The notes beneath the pieces are model-generated. The model had not been told where the DNA came from. It saw only the letters and a program-made list of their open reading frames with translations, and did not search any database. The position numbers were made by a program, and so were the translations under genes. A DNA stretch of 63,268 nt, counting the filler, from Sphacelaria rigidula (lineage: Eukaryota), in assembly GCA_964200075.2 (NCBI GenBank). It is 8 parts of 8 records of this genome, joined end to end, with 100 filler letters (N's around TTAATTAATTAA, not from the genome) between each part and the next. Parts side by side here need not be neighbours in the genome. Positions count along the whole stretch, not along the records: positions 7,924 to 15,745 come from CAXNAA020013352.1; positions 15,846 to 23,667 come from CAXNAA020013353.1; positions 23,768 to 31,589 come from CAXNAA020013354.1; 5 more parts are not named here. One strand, given 5' to 3'. Shown here in pieces: positions 11,686-24,040 of this stretch; position 1 is the stretch's first letter, and each line of letters starts with the position of its first letter.

Positions 11686-13268
11686 AAATATTTAGCCGAG
11701 AGGTGATCAATGTATGAAAATATCACAGCTGTCTGAGCTGTCAATTCAATAATCGCGTTTGTGCATGTACGGCGCTGCTTGAAAGATGTGCGAAGCACGC
11801 TGGAAGGACAATAAAACAACTCAAAATTTGACGTCCTTTGCGACACAGCAAGGACACCAGAACGAGTACAAGTCCCGCGTACAATTCTTGCAGTCACCTA
11901 GGAGGAGAAAGGGGTGTGTTACGAAGGGGGGCGTGTAAAAAAACGCAAAATGCCGTGAACAGGCAATACCGAAGTGCAAAATCCGCCGGGTTGCGCTACT
12001 GGCAAAATGCCTACAGAGCAGGGGCAGCAGCAGAGGGTGTAACAACGATGCACCCTGTGCGGTGTGTCCTGTAACAATGTTATAGGGGAAAACTTCTCCT
12101 GTCTGAAAATAACGAGCAACTAGGCGAAGTACTCGCTCGAGCCAGCGATGCTTGAGGGTGCGGGCCTGTTTGCATTGGGCGACCAGAGATCTTTGTGTGC
12201 AGGTTGGGAAAGAAGACACGCACGTATTGTGCAGGTACTGATTTGCGAAAAGTGTACAGTAAAGTGAGGTTGACGCGTTGGGCGTCGCGGTTGACGCAGC
12301 GTGGCACAAGGCGTGCAGTCAAACGCTGCAGCAAGCAGCGAGGGTCGTAAGTCGCGAGAAAAATTGACAGGGTAACACAGTGGGGGGAGCTTTACAGTAG
12401 CAACCAACTGACCACTGATCCGAGTACGATTTGACCACGTGACAAAACGAAGGCCGGGAATCAGAAACGTGCCGAGTGCGGACCTCGCGCACTAGATGCG
12501 ACAGAGAGAACAACCTGGTCTACAGGGAAAACAAAATATCAAGAGAAGAGACTCCCTAGTCAAACGCCAGTGTAGTGGGGCTAGGCAGTGTGTATGACAA
12601 CACATCTTACTGGCAAGGGAAGAGGACCAAACAAGAGGCCTAACAGCCAAGCTGTAAGACAGAGTAGCTCTGCAGCGCTCCAAAGAAGGCCAACATTGTT
12701 CCTTTGTTCTATGTGTCCAAGGTATCAGAGTTAGTTTCACGCGTAGGTATGATAGTATCCCTTCTGGATTACTTACTCCTTGATCTCCCTAGCACTCTCA
12801 GTTCTTAATCTCTGTTGCTCAATCAATCAGTTTCACCGAGATGTGAGAGTTTCCTTGGTCGGGATGGACCGAAGTAAGCTGAGCGGGCTCGGCTTTCTTA
12901 TCTATCCCTGCTACATACAAGTTCACACTCGAATCTGACCAACTCTAAACGGACGTGCAGTCTTAGTAGAGAAGTGTAATGAATAAAGCCGGACTCATCG
13001 ACGGGTCTGAGGCGGCATGACAACAAGCTCATAAGCTCCTCATGACATCGGACGTGTGACAAGTGAGTTTCACAGCACTGTGGCTGAACCCCCGCTGTAG
13101 CGTGCATGCCCACCTCCCGGGTGGAGTATACCTTTGATACGTCAAAGCAGCACACGATATACCGCAGATATCATCACCCCCCACACGCGCTCACCGAAAC
13201 TCAATTTTGGGGATCAATTATATGCGTCGGAAGTTGAATTACGGGTGGTCCTTCTTCGAGTAGGCATA

Positions 13269-14790
13269 CGAGCTGGGCCAGCCTGGAAAGGGGTTCGAGC
13301 TCTCAAAGTGATATCTCTTCGACACAGACGAGTTGGGTCGTGATCCGCATATCGTACTATTAATCGTCTGATCAAGGGGAAGGTGCTCGTCTGCTGAAAA
13401 GTCTCGGCTACTATTTTGTCGTTGATTAACCCCCCCCCCCCCCCCCATTTCTAGCAACTTCTATACCCTACGAAATAGCGTCTATACCAAAATCCATATG
13501 AAACCCCGAACAATACATTCGGCGGATGACGATAGACATCCTTACCTTCACCTAATGCGTTATCTATCTCGAGATATGGCGCACAAAAGTTTCCAAACTA
13601 TTATCAATGTATTACGCGCAAAGGTTCTAGATGCACTAAATCTTAGAGCTCGGAAATGGTACCAGTTGTATCTGGCCATTATCATCATAATGGTAATAAT
13701 GGCAAGGTTTTTATTTCAAAAAAATGGATAGTGGTTCAAAACCGTTATTCACCGTTACCGGCTTTTCAAGCCCAAATATGACTTGTTTTTCAGCTCTAGT
13801 GAAACCAAATCGCGTGAAGACGTGCCTCCGGCATGGGCGCCTCCAGCGGGCCCCCCTCTGCCGGGGAGGCTTTGACCAAACCATTATGTACCACTTAATT
13901 GGTTAATGGTTGCGCTATACGCGTAGCTGATTAACTGGTTAGTGGTTAAACAAACTGTTCCCGAGCTCTACGAAATCTGGATATCGCGTCTCAGTTTTTG
14001 AGAAATGTGCTATGTATTCAATATGGAGAACCGCTCGTACATAATAGAATAAACTGTAGAACAGATCTTCCCATTTTTTTGTTTTCTTCATTTTGTTTTT
14101 CCTTTTTTGGTCGAGTTTTGAGGAGAAATGAACATTGCTCTTAGGCCTTATCTCAATTTTTAGCTCAATTTGTGGCGTTGCGATTTGAAACTTAGCATGG
14201 AGAACGACAGAGGTATACTGAGTGAAACAAAGAACAGGCCTTCATTTTTTGTTATTCGGGGAAGGTTCAGGCGTCCTCGCAAAAACATTGTCATTCTTAT
14301 TCTAAAACACCGTAAGCTAGTGAAACGAATAAATACCAACGTGAACCACGTCTTGTGGCTCATTATGCCCTGGCGAGGTCCCAAAAGAAGTCCAATACAC
14401 AAACACCAAACGTGGACCGGTAAGTGGCCTGCAAAATACTATTCCGAATTTCTGCAGGCCCGGCAATTAAACGGCCCATTCGCCGGACAAAATTTAGAGT
14501 TTGACCCCAAACAATGGGTGGACAATGAATGGGCCATGAAAGAAAGCGCATACGTGGACCTAAATATATATGTACATATATTTCATAAGATGAAGGCAAT
14601 GGTCCGTTTTCAGGTATCAGTGAAATGCCGGTAAATCGTGGAAAGAAATAAGAAAACCTTTGGGTTCACGCGTACTGTTTTTCAATATACCCTGTTCATT
14701 ATCCATACCCAATCTTAGAGTCCAACTCCAAACATTGACGGGAGAATGGGCCTACAAACTACAAATCCGCCTCTAGGCTGGCCCAGCTCG
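13269..14790. mobile_element. Non-autonomous Tc1/mariner-type element (TIR CGAGCTGGGCCAGCCT), long copy
   Basis: TA|CGAGCTGGGCCAGCCT ... AGGCTGGCCCAGCTCG|TG. The last ~490 bp align with the short copy at 35884-36389. Confidence 0.8.
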
Positions 14791-15845
14791 TGTATGTGTG
14801 TTCACCAGTACCTGATATATCGATGCGATCAAGTGGTCCAAAGCTGTGGAGTTTGTTCCTGGGACAGAATAACCTGCCAACCAAGTAGGATGGAGCATGG
14901 TGTATCCAGGGTGCTGAAATAATTTACGATCAACCTTGTTGTTGTGTAGACCCTACCCTTGTGATCCAGCTACTAGCGCTCGACGGGTGTCTCAAGGTGC
15001 CCGAAAGCTGTGACGCTCGTCTCTGGGATAAACCGACCTGCCAAACACTTAATAAGTACCACTTCAAGTGCAGAAGATGGGATGTCAAGGTACTGAATTG
15101 ATGCAGGATTTTAATTGGCCGCGGTCGCTCAACCGAAGTCCAAGAGGATTCGAAATAGAACACCTATCAAGACCAATGCACTGCGATTCCACCTCCGCCG
15201 AGAAGGAGGGCAAGGATCGAAGGCCGTGACCTCCAACGGAGGAGTAAACAGAAAGACGAAATCATTCAAGTATCCTTCTTCAAGTAGTCCGCAGGAAAGC
15301 TCTCTTCACCTGTCACCGTCAACAAAAGTGCTAACACCACGAAAGGAATGGCATTCTCAATACCAGTTTGTGTACGTGAAGGTAAGTGTCCCAATTAAGG
15401 TGCCCTTAAGGCACCTGGCGGGAAAACTCTGACTCGTGGGAACCACGACACGTAGAATAATGCCCAGAGCATCCGGAGAGAGACGACACAATCATCTCTC
15501 ACCCAAGTTTTTCAAAATTGAAAAATTATCAAAGCAAGTTGCAAGAGTAGATGTGAGGCATGGCTCTATTGACGCAAAAAATGCGGGAAAAACACCCTCT
15601 GTTTCAATTACGGTACACTTTACGCAGCAGTTGTTTTCTCGCGACCTTAGACGCTTCAGATCTTCTTCTTTAACAGCCGATCCTAAGTTTTGGGGTTGAA
15701 ACATAAAATGAGGTTGAAGTCCCATCCCTCCATTGCAGGGAAGATNNNNNNNNNNNNNNNNNNNNNNNNNNNNNNNNNNNNNNNNNNNNTTAATTAATTA
15801 ANNNNNNNNNNNNNNNNNNNNNNNNNNNNNNNNNNNNNNNNNNNN

Positions 15846-16108
15846 GGACAATGAGTAGGGCATCATAAAAAAAGTTACTAGCGTACAGAAGGGATATTTT
15901 TTTTTTCATGAGTTAAGGGCAATGATCAGTTTTCAGATATCGGTAAAATGCCCTCAACTCATGAAGAAAAAAAACCCTCGTGTACGCCAGTAATTTTTTT
16001 CATTATGCCCTACCCATTATCCATACCAAATTTCAGGGTCCAACTCCAAGTATTGGCCGTATAATGGGCCTGCAAACTGCAGAATCGCTTCTCGGCTGGC
16101 CCGGCTCG
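15846..16108. mobile_element. Right end of a third CGAGCTGGGCCAGCC-family element, cut by the contig start
   Basis: Ends GGCTGGCCCGGCTCG|TA. Subterminal CCATACCAAATTTCAGGGTCCA is shared with the 35884 copy. Confidence 0.75.
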
Positions 16109-16827
16109 TATACTGATCCGGATCATGATACAGATCATTTGGCCCCCTTTATCCAGGTTTGCTCCTTACAGCGCCGGATGCCGGGCACGCCGAGTAGCGC
16201 AAAGGTTGCGCTTTGGCTTCTCTGACTCCGCGGTCGCATATTTTGTGTTATCGGCCCAACGGATTCGAGAGTATTCTTTAATTTGGTTGTTTCAGGTCGA
16301 TCATGATCTATCCGACGTGTGAGCCAAGCGATTGCTTAATTGGACGCTGGGACTCATGTACTTGGCCAACCCCCCACGCCTGCCGTGTCAGGGATTGATC
16401 TCTTGAGCGCATGTCCACACACCAGATGGTGATAATCCCTTGCTCCCCCGTGCTTCAGATAAATCCTCAACAGTTGTAGTCAAGGAATTGTGAGGAACAC
16501 GTGGAGAGCAGCAGCATCAACCCCCTCAGACACCCGCCGCCAAAGTGGCAACAACACACATGGGAAAGCGGGTGTAAGGAGAACACCTGAAAAAAAGGGG
16601 TCAATTTCTACTTTATACACGTTGTACAGCGGAACGAAAGTTCCCACTATTATAGGATGATACCGTCTGTGCGGTTCTCACGTCACGTGAGATCACCTCG
16701 TCGTGGTACGCCGAGTACACCCTTGAAACGCTCATGGTGTCTGTTCCCCGAGATTTTCGCAAGCTGACAGGCGTTACACGAGTTAGGTTGGGGGGGAGGG
16801 GAGGGGGGGTGTATGATTGTTGAAAGC

Positions 16828-17050
16828 CTAGAGAGAGGTGGAATGTTTAACGGACGTGGCCACTTCTGCAGGAATGAAGCAAAACCAAACGTTCAAAGCG
16901 GAAGGTATGCAGCAGCCTCTCTTGCCATCGTCGAGGCAGCAGGGTTCGCACTTTTTTCTAGCGTTCATGCACGTGATGCCGTGTTTGCCGACGTCTTCGT
17001 GGATAACGACCAGGTATACAACTGGCGCCATCACCGGCATCTCGTCTCTG
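16828..17050 (-). CDS. Probable last exon of a small plastid-targeted Cys-rich protein
   Basis: Acceptor TTTTGTTTTACAG. Its phase-2 start matches the exon 19498-19658 donor and continues in ORF 16828-17061 (RDEMPVMAPVVYLVVIHEDVGKHGITCMNARKKCEPCCLDDGKRGCC...stop). Confidence 0.55.
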
Positions 17051-18161
17051 CTGTAAAACAAAAATATGCTGTACTGGTTGTGGCTGATGCACAGGTAGCT
17101 GTGAAACCCCGATTTGGACCCCCGATTTGGGGAATATGCGAGAGTCTCTCGATCTGAGCAGAGAGCTGATAAACTAAAAGTCGACGTCCGGAGAATTGGA
17201 TAATTGATCTGATCTGCTCACAGCTATCCGAAAAACATTGCTCAACGGACTGGGGTCCGAAAAATCAAGCCACGGACGAAAATCGCCTGGACACGGGCTG
17301 AAATGCTCATATTTGTACAAATACGGATTGGTTGCCATACGAGATGGTCTGAAGCACAGCGTATGCATGGCATACCCCCTACTTCCAACTATACAGGCGC
17401 TCGTCTACAGAACATGAAAATTGTTCCGAATAAAGCAGTCCGCATGCAGTGTAGGTAGATGCTGTATTCGGCATGGTGTCATCACGCGAGTCAAAGTATG
17501 AGGATAAATAATCCCGACTACAGCGTGGTCCATTCGTGCACTAAAATGCACGAATTTCTTCGATATTCGGGCAAGGGGGTCTATTGGTGGTTGGTCGGGG
17601 GTGAGGTTGGGCCTATTTCGGCGATAACACCCCCCTTGGTCGTTCAAGTTTCGATGGAGTTTCGGGTCCAAGTTCTCTCTGTTACCACGGGTAGATCCAA
17701 GTGGAACGCTTCGTGTGGGACAGTAGATCAATGGAGCATCAATCAGTGACACCTGTTTCCCTGTGCTACAGACGGCATACTGCTGCAGCAGTGCTACGAA
17801 GCGTGGCCACGATGGGCTCAGCTCGGGGAAAGTGTTCCGAAAAATCGTCCGGGATCCGCTGGGAGCTACGAGCATGAATGGCTAGTGGATTCGAGTTTTG
17901 TGATCTCCTTGGGCCGAACAGAGTTGCAGAAATCTCAGGAAACATAATTGAAAATGTGCTCGTATCGGGGACACGGATCACGCGCGATGTACATTAGAGA
18001 CGCCGAGATGTACAGACAGCACCATGGTAATATGCCAAGTCGACGGAGGGATTGATCCTGCTTCATTGATTTTTTGTCGCGCTTTGACTGATGCGTCAGG
18101 GATCCAACCGTGTTCACATGATGGACGTGCCCGAGACGATTCAAGTCAAAAACACTCGACT

Positions 18162-18261
18162 GATTGATTGATTGATTGATTGTCGCGACTGGGTACGTGA
18201 AACGGCAGCACGATTGATTGATTGATTGATTGTCGCGACTGGGTACGTGAAACGGCAGCAC
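18162..18261 (-). repeat. Two perfect 50-bp units ending in (AATC)5 on the minus strand; likely truncated retroposon 3' ends
   Basis: (GATT)5GTCGCGACTGGGTACGTGAAACGGCAGCAC twice. A related (GATT)nGTCGC lies at ~18487-18504. Confidence 0.7.
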
Positions 18262-19497
18262 CGAGGAAAATCGTGTTGTGGCTCGATAATGTAATGATAT
18301 GTGAGCAGGAAGATGACGCGAACATCGTCATATTGCACCGTCCTTCGTTATGTTCATGAGTACGACCCAGCTGCTATTGTACACCATCACCAGACAGCAA
18401 AGTCAGTACTTTTGCCACCATGATGCCAGCACTGGATTGTACATATATCGAGTGGGATGTACGACCCCAGGGTTCCCTGATTTGGTTGATTGATTGATTG
18501 TCGCACTTGAACTGTAGAAGAAAAAACACATGCGCCACTACTACTGCGGTGTTGGCACTGTGCGCAGCACACAGTCAGTGTGCACGAATCAGTTAGTAAA
18601 CTGTCAGATGATTCGACCACGTTTCAGGAGCCAAGTGGGTCCAATACATGAAATCGAAGGGTGTCTGATGATGGTGTTTGTGTCATGTTTTGAAACGTCA
18701 CACCCCCCGCCGATGCACCTGAATGAGACGGGAGTAAATGTTTGATCCAAGAACCCGACTTGTTTGACGCGGGTTCGGATCTTACCCTTCAAAAGGGTAT
18801 GCTCATGTTCTCGACGGCTGGTCGACCTATTGAACACAAATGCACGGAGCAATCGATCAACGCAACGGTTGCTTGAGTGCTCCACCGAACAGAGCCAAAA
18901 GCTTCCCAGTGTACGTACGTATATATCCGGCCATCGATCGAACACTACAGCAATTAAAATAAATGGGTTGATGAGGTGGTGAAAAAGATCGGCATGTATC
19001 GCCGCGCGGACGAAAGGTGTTTCTTCGAAACGTGTCTTCGACATGTATCAATGCAGGGTATGTCTGTGAGGGGGGAGTAGAGCGGGGTAGGGGGGGGTGG
19101 GGGGGGGTNNNNNNNNNGTTGAGGGGTTTGTTGGTTGTGTAGGGGGGGGGGTTGTGTGGGGGGGGGGGGGGGAGGGGGGGGGGGGGGGGGGTGGGGGGGG
19201 GTTGTTTGAAGGAACTAGACGGATATTTGTGGTCCGTCTGCTGGAGCCAGTACAGTAGAGTCGGTCGATCAGTGCGTGTACTTGAGCCATGATCTTGCGT
19301 AAGTTACCCACCCAGGACGCACGAATATATCCAGAGTTCGTACTGATGTAAGGTACGTCAACGTCAGTACAGATGAATTTGCACAGCATACAGCAGCGTC
19401 GGTGGATGACCCAAGGCCCTTCTGCTCAATACATCCACAGCGCTAGCAGCCCCAAATCATACCAAACTCGACACACGAGAAGCTTCGCCTCGCTTAC

Positions 19498-19658
19498 CTA
19501 ACCGAGATGTGACTTCGTGATGTTTCTCGCATGGTCGTCACCCCCCCACTTGCGCGCGGGGCCGACGGCACGACGAACGCTGATGTCACCGCCAAGACCA
19601 GAGACATGACAAAGAGCACGCAGCTCAAGTTCTTGTTGTTAGCTTCGCACCGCGCCAT
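19498..19658 (-). CDS. First exon with a stramenopile bipartite plastid-targeting presequence
   Basis: MARCEANNKNLSCVLFVMSLVLAVTSA|FVVPSAPRASGGVTTMRETSRSHISV: hydrophobic signal peptide, ASAFAP-like cleavage with +1 Phe, then a Ser/Arg-rich transit peptide. Consensus donor AG|GTAAG. Confidence 0.75.
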
Positions 19659-20004
19659 TGTTTCTTGTCTGCTGCTGCCGCTGGTGCTGTTAGTACTGTT
19701 GATATTGTTGCAGGGAGTGGTGATGGGGAGCTGTCTGTTGTGATATCGTTCGACTATGTGTTACAAAGGGTGTGTTGGTTGCTGAAAATCGTGTTTCATG
19801 GTGAGGTGGCCATAACAGACGTCAGAAAGCAGTCAGACCGTCTGGCTGACCACGGGTCTGACTGATGAACTATTGTAAATACGAAAAATATGAAGACAGA
19901 TCCTCTCCTGGGAGAGCGTAGAGAAAGCCCACGGAGAAACAACCCTATCCTCTGCTGTACTGCTGATCTCTGTTCCTGTATTCCGTTTTTCAATTGCGTA
20001 AAGT

Positions 20005-20190
20005 ATGGCTGAATTAGCGCTCTCGGCATCTGTGATGGCGAAAGTCGTGGCCGATGCGCAGGAAAAGACGAAACAGAGAAGCTATCATGATCAAATCGAG
20101 GCGGCTGTGAATGCTCCGGCTAGCCTGTGCATCAAGGAATCGCACCTCGACAAGGACTCCGTCAAATTTGACTCGCGCCATGTCGGCAAG
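20005..20190 (+). CDS. Probable first exon of a hypothetical protein, divergent from the plastid-targeted gene
   Basis: ATG-initiated 62 codons (MAELALSASVMAKVVADAQEK...HVGK) ending at AAG|GTATGA. Possible later exons at 20791-20880 and ~23029-23267 are not firmly joined. Confidence 0.45.
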
Positions 20191-23100
20191 GTATGACATG
20201 CCATACGTCGCTGCACATATGTGTGCTTTGTTGTCGGTGCTGTGTTACAGGTGATAAGGCAAGTTGTATGTGGTGTCGCTGTTCTGTATCCCAGCAGACC
20301 TGCTCTCTGTGCTACACTGTTGTCTGTCCTCAAGCAAGGTACTCGTACTGTAGAGTAGTGTAATTCTGAGCTCAAGTTGAACTTGTGCATAGCCTGGAGG
20401 ATAGGCGACGCTAGCATGTTGTGGCATCAGGTTGGGAGTTGTGCGCGTACCATGCATCGTGTAGTGCTCAGCGCAGTCCACCACCAGCTGTACTGACTTC
20501 AAATACGGGCGCGGTAAAAAAATGTCGAGATTCCTCACCGTCCCTTTAGACGCAGCAAATTGTAGTAGTGCTGTGATTTCAAAATGTTGTAATCGGCGAC
20601 GGTGTCAACTCCCTGGACCACACGCGCTGCGCTGCTGTGCCACCGGCGTAATATCGTTTCGCACCGTATACAGCACCAATAGTAGCGAAGCTTGTCGGGA
20701 TGCAGATACTAACCATCACGTATGCTTGCCTCACCTTATCGGCTGTAGTACAAATACCGCACGGTAGGAAGGCACCGATTAATGCCGTAGGAGAGAGATG
20801 CAACATGGGTGCTATTTTTGGAGCGTCCGGGCTCGAGCCCCCTGACACAAGAACTGGACCTTGCCACTTCGCCTACTGAGGTCACTTGGATATATCACGA
20901 TACCGCGTACAGTAGGAGAATATACACGAGTTGTCCCCTAAAATCCACGGTTGATGTATCCTTGTTTTCCCAGATAGACCGTAGACATCGATGTGCTTGT
21001 TTCGCAACAAGACTTGCCACAATCCCATGGACTCCCAGCTTGCGCAGCGCGCATATTTGCTCGAATCGGCGCCGCAGGTGCCGAACGCCGATTTGTGTTC
21101 CGCCTACGCGCGTTTTGCCTACGGTAGGCAACCCTCTGGACCTCCCTTGCTCGAAGGTTCTTGGTCTGTCTTCGGTTGAGGTTTGTATTACGGTTACGGT
21201 GACGGTTTAGTCAATTAATCGTGTGGCCCCGTCGGAACGACTGGCGGCGACTGCTCGTTTTTGGGGTTCAGATCAGTCATCGTTTTCGCAAACGTCAAGG
21301 CGTCTGTTTGCCGAAAGTTCGATGGGAGCAACCGAAGTGACCATGAACCGGTCAGTATTACTCGTAGTGTAGGAGTGCGGTTCCCTACTATAAATGGTGA
21401 GTGGTAGTGGCGATGTCGTGGCCAAGCCTTTGTCGAGAAAATATCGCCAAGCCGTGCTTTACCAACGGTGTCGCAAACGGTTCCCCCCCTCGATCCAATA
21501 TCGTCTATTATTGTCTGTAGCAAATCATTGCTTCCCCAATATTATTTGACAAAATAATTTCACCCCGCCACCGTCTAGGAGATAAAATTCCCACCCTGAA
21601 ATCGCCGAGGAAAACCCAAGTGGCCGCAGGCCTCTACTTTTCTCTACACTGATCCTCATGCTGTGTCCTGTGGTTCACACGATCCTTATGCTATTATATG
21701 TCCTATGATCTACATGTACTGACCGCGTTCCGCTGCGGGGTTATCCCACGCTACATCCGCGGGGGAGGGCGGAGGGCGGAGGGGGGCGCGTACTCATTTG
21801 TTGCTTGCCTTAGTCAGTTGACCACTGACCATTCGTGACGGAGCACCGCCCCTACTCCTCGTTCGGGCGGGGGGGAGGGGAGGATGTCACCAAAGTGTTG
21901 CACAAAAGAATGAACCACGTCTGAGCAACCGCTTCAGGCAATCACGAGTCCGTAGCACAGTGTTATTGTCAATCTAGAAGATAAGGTTGCGCAAAAACAG
22001 CTGTGGAGAACCTCCCCACAGAAGGGATGGGCCGTTGTTTTTGCGAGCCTGTTGCCCGACGGAGCCATTTCCGAGCACGGGTTGACACCACCCCTAGCGT
22101 CGCACATCAACACCACCCGCAGATCGTTGCAGTGATCACATCCTTTTATATATATATATATATATATATAACTCTGCTCCGTCGCTCTGTGTGGATCATC
22201 TTCAGGACGCCGCTCAATCGCACATAAGCAAAGGCGGGCAGGCACATGATGAGACAGCATTATCCACAAAAATTGCCAACAGGCACCTGCGATGTACGCG
22301 CCTGGTATCTCAGACAAGTATCCGTCCATACGAAAAATTACTACGATATCAAAACTCATAGGAAACATGGATAAAAGAAAAAATGCGGCAGGCACATGTG
22401 CAGCAGAAACAAGTTTTCTTATCGCACGCATGTCTAGTATAAGCCATCACGTGCTTCAGAATAACAGCCCGGACTACTCGTAGTGAGTTGGAATCCCAAT
22501 GGCTATGTTGTATTTTCCGCATTTCGGAGGAGAAGAGAGTGAGGAGCGAGGACGTCGGTCGACGAAAAAGTGACGAGAGTTGGTGGACCAGGAGAGAGGT
22601 AATAGCACACCCTGGACAATGGATTATATTGTCAAAAAATGTACTGCGTACAGTATGGAATCTATTGTCTGCTGCAATAGGTGCAATAGTCGCTACTGTA
22701 AGCAATACCCTTTTTGACTGTGTATTATTTTGTCCAGGGCATGGGTAATAGTCATGATCCAGTGCTTGATATCATATTCTGGGGCAACTGCCGGGGGGAA
22801 AGATGGGTTGATCTCTAAAGGTTACGGACTCGTTCCCGGAAAGGGGCTGAGTCGAGAGTATGACGTAATATATATATATATGCATATGTACAGATGGCCA
22901 GGGCGATCGTTACCGGCAGGTCATATTCCAAGGTTCCACGCTCTGGCAAGGTTTTTCAACGTGCATACAAGGTGTCCATGCGCTGTGGCACCACTGAAAA
23001 ACCTCACGATAACGTCCTGACCCGTTAGATCATACACACGTCGACTACTCTTACTAGCGCGTGGGAATACTGCCACGTTCGCCTCAAGGTGGACCCTCCG

Positions 23101-23469
23101 ACTGGCGATGCATGAACGTTACCCCCTTGAACACCCACGGTTCATGTTCCGAAATCTTGTCCTCTCACCGCCCCGCGAGGTTTTGGAGGATGACTTTCGT
23201 AGGCTTGAACGGATACTCAGTCAGCAAGGGCAGTTAGCAGAGAGGATGCACGAAGCATTCAATCGGGTTGATGCGTTGCCATTTTTGTGGCCGCCAAGTC
23301 ATGTGTAACAACGTATCGTTGCTTCCGCGTTTTTTTGTCATATTTTATTCAGCATGTGATTCATGCGCTGTTCATTCGATTTGCCTATTTTTTTCACATC
23401 GCGTGGCACTTCGCTTTCTCCCGATTTGGATTTTCAAATATTCAAAAGTGAGTATCAGGGCCTGTCTTA

Positions 23470-23667
23470 GACACTTTCTACGATAGCCCCCCCTCCAAAA
23501 GTGCGTCTCGAAAGGGATGCGTGGTCAATGGTCAAATGACTAAGGCAAGCAACAAATGAGTACGCCCCCCCCCCTCCAAAAGTGCATGGTTTTGGGAGGC
23601 AAAATCTTTACGTAAATCGAAATGGGAAAAGCCGAGCACAACGAGAAGCTGGGAATTCCCACGCTTG
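23470..23667. mobile_element. Left part of a GACACTTTCTACGATAG-family MITE, cut by the contig end
   Basis: Starts GACACTTTCTACGATAGCCCCCC. Last 18 bp (TGGGAATTCCCACGCTTG) are identical to positions 1-18. Confidence 0.65.
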
Positions 23668-23819
23668 NNNNNNNNNNNNNNNNNNNNNNNNNNNNNNNNN
23701 NNNNNNNNNNNTTAATTAATTAANNNNNNNNNNNNNNNNNNNNNNNNNNNNNNNNNNNNNNNNNNNNTCTATATAATTTATCAATACAACAATTATTATC
23801 CCCCCCCCCCCCCCCCCCG

Positions 23820-24040
23820 AAACCAGCCCAGAACTGTCACGAAGAAAATGGTGATACAGCGCCTGATGTTTGGGTTCAGGCTGCATGAAGCGTCTCACAT
23901 GCGACATTGGCGAAAACAAACCCAAGCGTGGGAATTTTCAGCTCCTCGCTGTGCTCTGCTTTTTTCATTTCGAATTACGTGTAGATTTTCCTCCCCATAT
24001 CAGCCACTTTCTCGGGGGGGGGGGTTATCGTAGAAAGTGT
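23820..24040. mobile_element. Another GACACTTTCTACGATA-family MITE copy
   Basis: Internal sequence is a diverged reverse complement of 1-125 and 23580-23667. Ends GGGGTTATCGTAGAAAGTGTC. Confidence 0.65.

Noticed and set aside
23650..23667. 18-bp identity between the end of contig 3 and positions 1-18, suggesting a true join
   Set aside because: The overlap lies inside a multicopy MITE and the outer flanks show no matching TSD; a repeat-induced break is more likely.
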